From the NCBI GenBank assembly GCA_965209025.1, contig OZ242375.1, forward strand, positions 2,261,380 to 2,325,379: a stretch of DNA of 64,000 nt, given 5' to 3'. Positions 60,826 to 64,000 of this stretch are shown piece after piece (the first letter of the stretch is position 1; each line of letters opens with the position of its first letter). Under the pieces are notes generated by a model that was not told where the DNA came from, made no database searches, and worked only from the letters and a program-made list of their open reading frames with translations. This stretch comes from Acidimicrobiia bacterium. Its GTDB lineage: Bacteria > Actinomycetota > Acidimicrobiia > Spongiisociales > ZC4RG35. Position numbers and translations under genes: made by a program.

Positions 60826-61250
60826 AGCACCTCCAGCAAAGAGAACATGGTGGGCACCAGTGGGTAGTCTCTGACTTCGGCGATGGGGACCCAGCGAACG
60901 TCGGCTGCGTCATCGCCGGCCCGAAGGTCCCCTCCCACCACCTCGCACGCAAAATCAACCAGAGAGAAGTGCCATTCGGGCGGCTGACCGGGGCCGACCG
61001 ACTCACCGGTCCAGATGACGGGACCCACCTTCACCTCCAGTCCGGTCTCCTCCAGGGCCTCCCGGTGGGCGGCCTCCCGCCAAGTCTCGCCCCACCGGAC
61101 TTTCCCTCCGGGGACTGCCCACAGGCCTCTTCCCACGCCGTCGCCCCGTTGGATCACCAGCAGCCTGTCCTGGTCGTCTACGATCACCACCCCTACACCA
61201 GGTATCGGGTTCATCCCTTCCGGTCCTTCCGTGGGAAGCGTGGCGGCCAT
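60822..61250 (-). CDS. NUDIX hydrolase
   Basis: Nudix box GGKVRWGETWREAAHREALEETGLEV. It overlaps the downstream HAD gene by 4 nt. Confidence 0.85.
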   Translation of the reverse strand: MAATLPTEGPEGMNPIPGVGVVIVDDQDRLLVIQRGDGVGRGLWAVPGGKVRWGETWREAAHREALEETGLEVKVGPVIWTGESVGPGQPPEWHFSLVDFACEVVGGDLRAGDDAADVRWVPIAEVRDYPLVPTMFSLLEVL

Positions 61251-61308
61251 TGGGCAGCGCCCGCCCCAGTCCTGACGCGGCCATGGACCGGACGGCGGTT
61301 GGGGGAGG

Positions 61309-61677
61309 TCAACGGCAATCGATGCAGATCTTGGACCGGGGGGAGGATTTTTGGGTGATTCTCTTCACCAGGAAGCATGATTCGCACAGGAACTCGTTCT
61401 GGCGGATGGCGTGGTCGTCCGGGTTGATTGAGAGTTCCGCCCGTCGGATCCCCGCCACCTCCATGGCTTGCTCCGAGGTGAGCAATTCCCCCGACACTCC
61501 CTCCTCCACCATGTTGAGTTCCTCGCCCTCCAGCCCCGAGAGTTCGTCATCGGCCTCGGATTCGTCCTCGTCCTGGGAGTCCTCCCTGAAGTCACCATCC
61601 GGTTCGTAGTCGTCTCCGAGGTCGGAGTCGAGGTCCTCGTCATCGAAGTCCTGTTCAAAGGCGGACTGGTTTCTCAC
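61309..61677 (-). CDS. DUF4193 family protein
   Basis: 122 aa. It has a highly acidic N-terminal half and the C-terminal motif NEFLCESCFLVKR...ICIDC, which is typical of the actinobacterial DUF4193 family. Confidence 0.7.
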   Translation of the reverse strand: MRNQSAFEQDFDDEDLDSDLGDDYEPDGDFREDSQDEDESEADDELSGLEGEELNMVEEGVSGELLTSEQAMEVAGIRRAELSINPDDHAIRQNEFLCESCFLVKRITQKSSPRSKICIDCR

Positions 61678-61824
61678 AGCGACAGTTGACTCCCAGCGGT
61701 AAAGCGTTCAAGGCCCTTCGGATCGGAGCGCAAGTATAGATCGCCATCACCGCCGATGCTGACAAATCCCCACTCCGTATGTCGGAAGGTGGTTCTTTCG
61801 AGGGATTATTCCCCAACCTGTTAC

Positions 61825-64000
61825 CTATCTGCTGAGATGCGCGGCTACCACTCCACGGTCGATACACCGGAGAGCGGAGCGGGTGGATCCCGAGACCTGG
61901 GGGAATGCGTCGCGCAGTTGCCTCAACAGATCGACCAACTGTCGGGCGGTCCTCACGAAGTCTCCCGGTGTCTGACCGCACTCCACCATATCGGTCAAGG
62001 AGGCGCCGTTCGCCCAGCGGTACATGTCGCCGCCGCAGCCGGGCTCGGGAAACCTGGTGGGTTCGATCTGGCGGGATGACTCGGCGCGGTTCAATTCTTC
62101 GCACAACTCCACGAGTCTCTCCCAGCGGTCCGCCAGTCGGGCGGTCGGCCAGGAGCCTGAGGGGGGAGAGGAGTTGCGTGGATCGTAGACGAAGGCTGAA
62201 CCGAGCGCGGCCGTCTCCGCGGGGTTCAGGCCCCCGAACAGTCCTCCGGCGACCGCTTCGGCGACGAGCAGGTCCCGCTCGTTGTAGATGAGCCTCAGGC
62301 GGTCTCCCGCCGGTGTGACGTTCCATCCCGAGAGGTATCCCCACTCCTCCATCAGCGTCCGGACCGCCTTGAACCGGTTTTGAAGGCCTTCTGTGGCCCA
62401 GTCGTCGCCCGACTGGAGATGAGCCAGCCGCCTGCGGGTCCGGATGGCTCGGCGTGCATGGCGAAGATGGACCGCCAGATCGGGGCAGTCAGCCACCGGA
62501 TGGTCACGCAGCCTGGAGTCGCGCACCGATTGTGGGGAGGCTCTGTACTTGGTTGGGAGGCGCCGCAGCTGAGCGGCCATCTCCCGGTGGAGAGCCCGGC
62601 CGTCGGAGCGCCGCCGGTTGGGTACGTCGATGTGCCCCATCCGGACGGTGCCCTCCACCAAGTCCCGGGATACCATCGACAAGGCGTTTCCCGACTCGGA
62701 CACGGCCAATACCCGGGGCGCCTTGGAACGTCGGGCGAGTCGTCGCACCACCACGTAGCGACCCGAGCGGCGTCCCGAGGGAATCTCGAATATGTCGCCG
62801 ATTCTCAGAGTCTCGAACCAGTTGCCGCGTCTGGTCTTGCCCTGGCCGAGCAGTTCCAGGTAGTCGGACACCGAGCCCCGCTCGCACAGGCTGGCCCGCT
62901 CTTCCTGGTCGAGTTTGCGGGACAGCTCTTCGGACAGGCGCTTCTCCGCCTGCAATCGGGAAGCCTGTTGATAGTTGGCGAAGGATGCCGAGAGCAGATC
63001 CGAGGCCCGCTCGGCGGGATAGTTGGAGACCAGGTTGGCGACCATGTTGTAGGTGATGCGGAAGCTGGACACCAGCGGGTGCGCGCCTGCACCCGCGGCT
63101 TTGACGACCTCCTGGAAGGGGACGTGGCGCGAATAGAGCACTATTCCGAATCCCTCGGTGTCTATTCCTCGTCGACCGGCTCGGCCGGTGAGCTGGGTGT
63201 AGTCTCCCGGTTCCAGCGCCTGATGGGTCTCTCCGGTGAATTTGGTCAGCGATTCGAGCACCACCGTCCTGGCCGGCATATTGATCCCCAGTGCGAGGGT
63301 CTCGGTGGCGAAGACCACTCCCAGCAGGCCGGCGGCGAACAGTTCTTCGGTCGCCTCCTTGAAGGCGGGGACCATGCCGGCATGGTGGGCGGCGACCCCG
63401 GCTTCCAGGCGGTCCACCCATCCCGCGTAGTCCAGTGCTCCCAGGTCCGCCTCGGAGAGATGGGCGGTATGGGCCTCGGCGACCTGGCGGATTACTTCGC
63501 GGTTCTCATCGGCGGTGAGCCGGACACCGGCGCTCCTCACCGACGCGGCAGCCGCCTCGCAACCGGCCCTGGAAAAAATGAAGTAAATGGCGGGGAGAAG
63601 GTTCTCATCGGATAAAGCCTCCACCGCCTGGGCGCGTCGCGGCGCGGCGAACCGGCGCCGGTTACGCCCGCTGGAGAGCAGCGAGGAGATGCGAGGATTG
63701 GGCTTCTTCCTCCCGTCCGCCTGCACGAAGGTGGGGAGCAGCCGCATGTGCTGGGGCCCCCAGCGATCCCGGATTGCGTACAGGTCACGGAGCGGGACCG
63801 GTCGTTGCACCGCTCTCACCAGCCGAGTCTCGCCCCGGCACCGGGTGACCCAGCCCGTGAACTCAGAGGCGTTGGAGACGGTGGCGGAGAGGCACACCAT
63901 CTGCAATCGGGGTGGGGCGTGAATGACTATCTCCTCCCACACCGCTCCGCGGGCTCGGTCCGCCAGGTAATGCACCTCATCCAGGATCGCCACTCCCACG
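61825..64000 (-). CDS. helY: Ski2-like DEAD/DEAH-box helicase (HelY-type), C-terminal ~725 aa; the N-terminus lies beyond the right edge
   Basis: DEVH Walker B (ILDEVHYL), SAT motif (LSATVSN), helicase C blocks (HHAGMVP, TETLALGINMPAR, QLTGRAGRRGID), and a C-terminal DSHCT-like region. The frame is open to position 64000. Confidence 0.85.
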   Translation of the reverse strand, partial: VGVAILDEVHYLADRARGAVWEEIVIHAPPRLQMVCLSATVSNASEFTGWVTRCRGETRLVRAVQRPVPLRDLYAIRDRWGPQHMRLLPTFVQADGRKKPNPRISSLLSSGRNRRRFAAPRRAQAVEALSDENLLPAIYFIFSRAGCEAAAASVRSAGVRLTADENREVIRQVAEAHTAHLSEADLGALDYAGWVDRLEAGVAAHHAGMVPAFKEATEELFAAGLLGVVFATETLALGINMPARTVVLESLTKFTGETHQALEPGDYTQLTGRAGRRGIDTEGFGIVLYSRHVPFQEVVKAAGAGAHPLVSSFRITYNMVANLVSNYPAERASDLLSASFANYQQASRLQAEKRLSEELSRKLDQEERASLCERGSVSDYLELLGQGKTRRGNWFETLRIGDIFEIPSGRRSGRYVVVRRLARRSKAPRVLAVSESGNALSMVSRDLVEGTVRMGHIDVPNRRRSDGRALHREMAAQLRRLPTKYRASPQSVRDSRLRDHPVADCPDLAVHLRHARRAIRTRRRLAHLQSGDDWATEGLQNRFKAVRTLMEEWGYLSGWNVTPAGDRLRLIYNERDLLVAEAVAGGLFGGLNPAETAALGSAFVYDPRNSSPPSGSWPTARLADRWERLVELCEELNRAESSRQIEPTRFPEPGCGGDMYRWANGASLTDMVECGQTPGDFVRTARQLVDLLRQLRDAFPQVSGSTRSALRCIDRGVVAAHLSR

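Noticed and set aside
1-64000. CRISPR arrays, rRNA/tRNA genes, integrases/transposases, toxin-antitoxin pairs, known defence-system genes
   Set aside because: None were recognised on either strand. The only regularly spaced repeats are the coding Thr/Ala/Pro linkers and the three hairpins at 50417..50533. The only mobile-element-like gene is the frameshifted DUF222-HNH ORF.

Overview
The window is a gene-dense, visibly GC-rich chromosomal segment. Codon third positions are overwhelmingly G/C and long antisense shadow ORFs are everywhere. Gene content and synteny look actinobacterial: ahcY, PGI/PMI, Trm112, manB and DUF3499 in one block; lysS, coaX, panC, ftsH, hpt and tilS in another; plus DUF4193 and helY. 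I found no rRNA, tRNA, CRISPR array, integrase or transposase by eye. From left to right the content is:
- a partial LLM oxidoreductase;
- a secreted beta-helix/membrane fusion protein;
- two tandem threonine aldolase paralogues, divergent from a 5-gene Dpp/Opp-type peptide ABC importer;
- an MFS gene, mobA, then three tandem MFS paralogues that each carry a co-duplicated leader;
- CocE/NonD hydrolase, SDR and M20 peptidase genes;
- an OmpR/HK/HtrA envelope-stress module;
- a cobalamin riboswitch controlling btuFCD-cobO-cobC;
- CPBP protease and EamA transporter genes;
- the mannose-activation block with an inserted 777-aa polytopic membrane protein;
- pncB, then an amidohydrolase;
- an 8-gene translationally coupled operon (ribose-type ABC importer, DUF917, HyuA-only hydantoinase, M19 dipeptidase, two XRE-cupin regulators);
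- pncA, then lysS;
- a near-consensus promoter driving three tandem hairpins with C-rich loops (a 6C-like RNA);
- coaX, panC, a DUF2520 protein, a pseudophosphatase, ftsH, hpt and tilS;
- an ECF sigma / ZAS anti-sigma pair;
- a frameshifted DUF222-HNH gene;
- HAD, Nudix and DUF4193 genes and a partial helY.
The best candidates for something undescribed are the triple C-rich-loop RNA upstream of lysS and the DUF917/hydantoinase/dipeptidase transport operon. All calls come from reading the sequence and ORF translations, with family recognition from memory. No searches were run.
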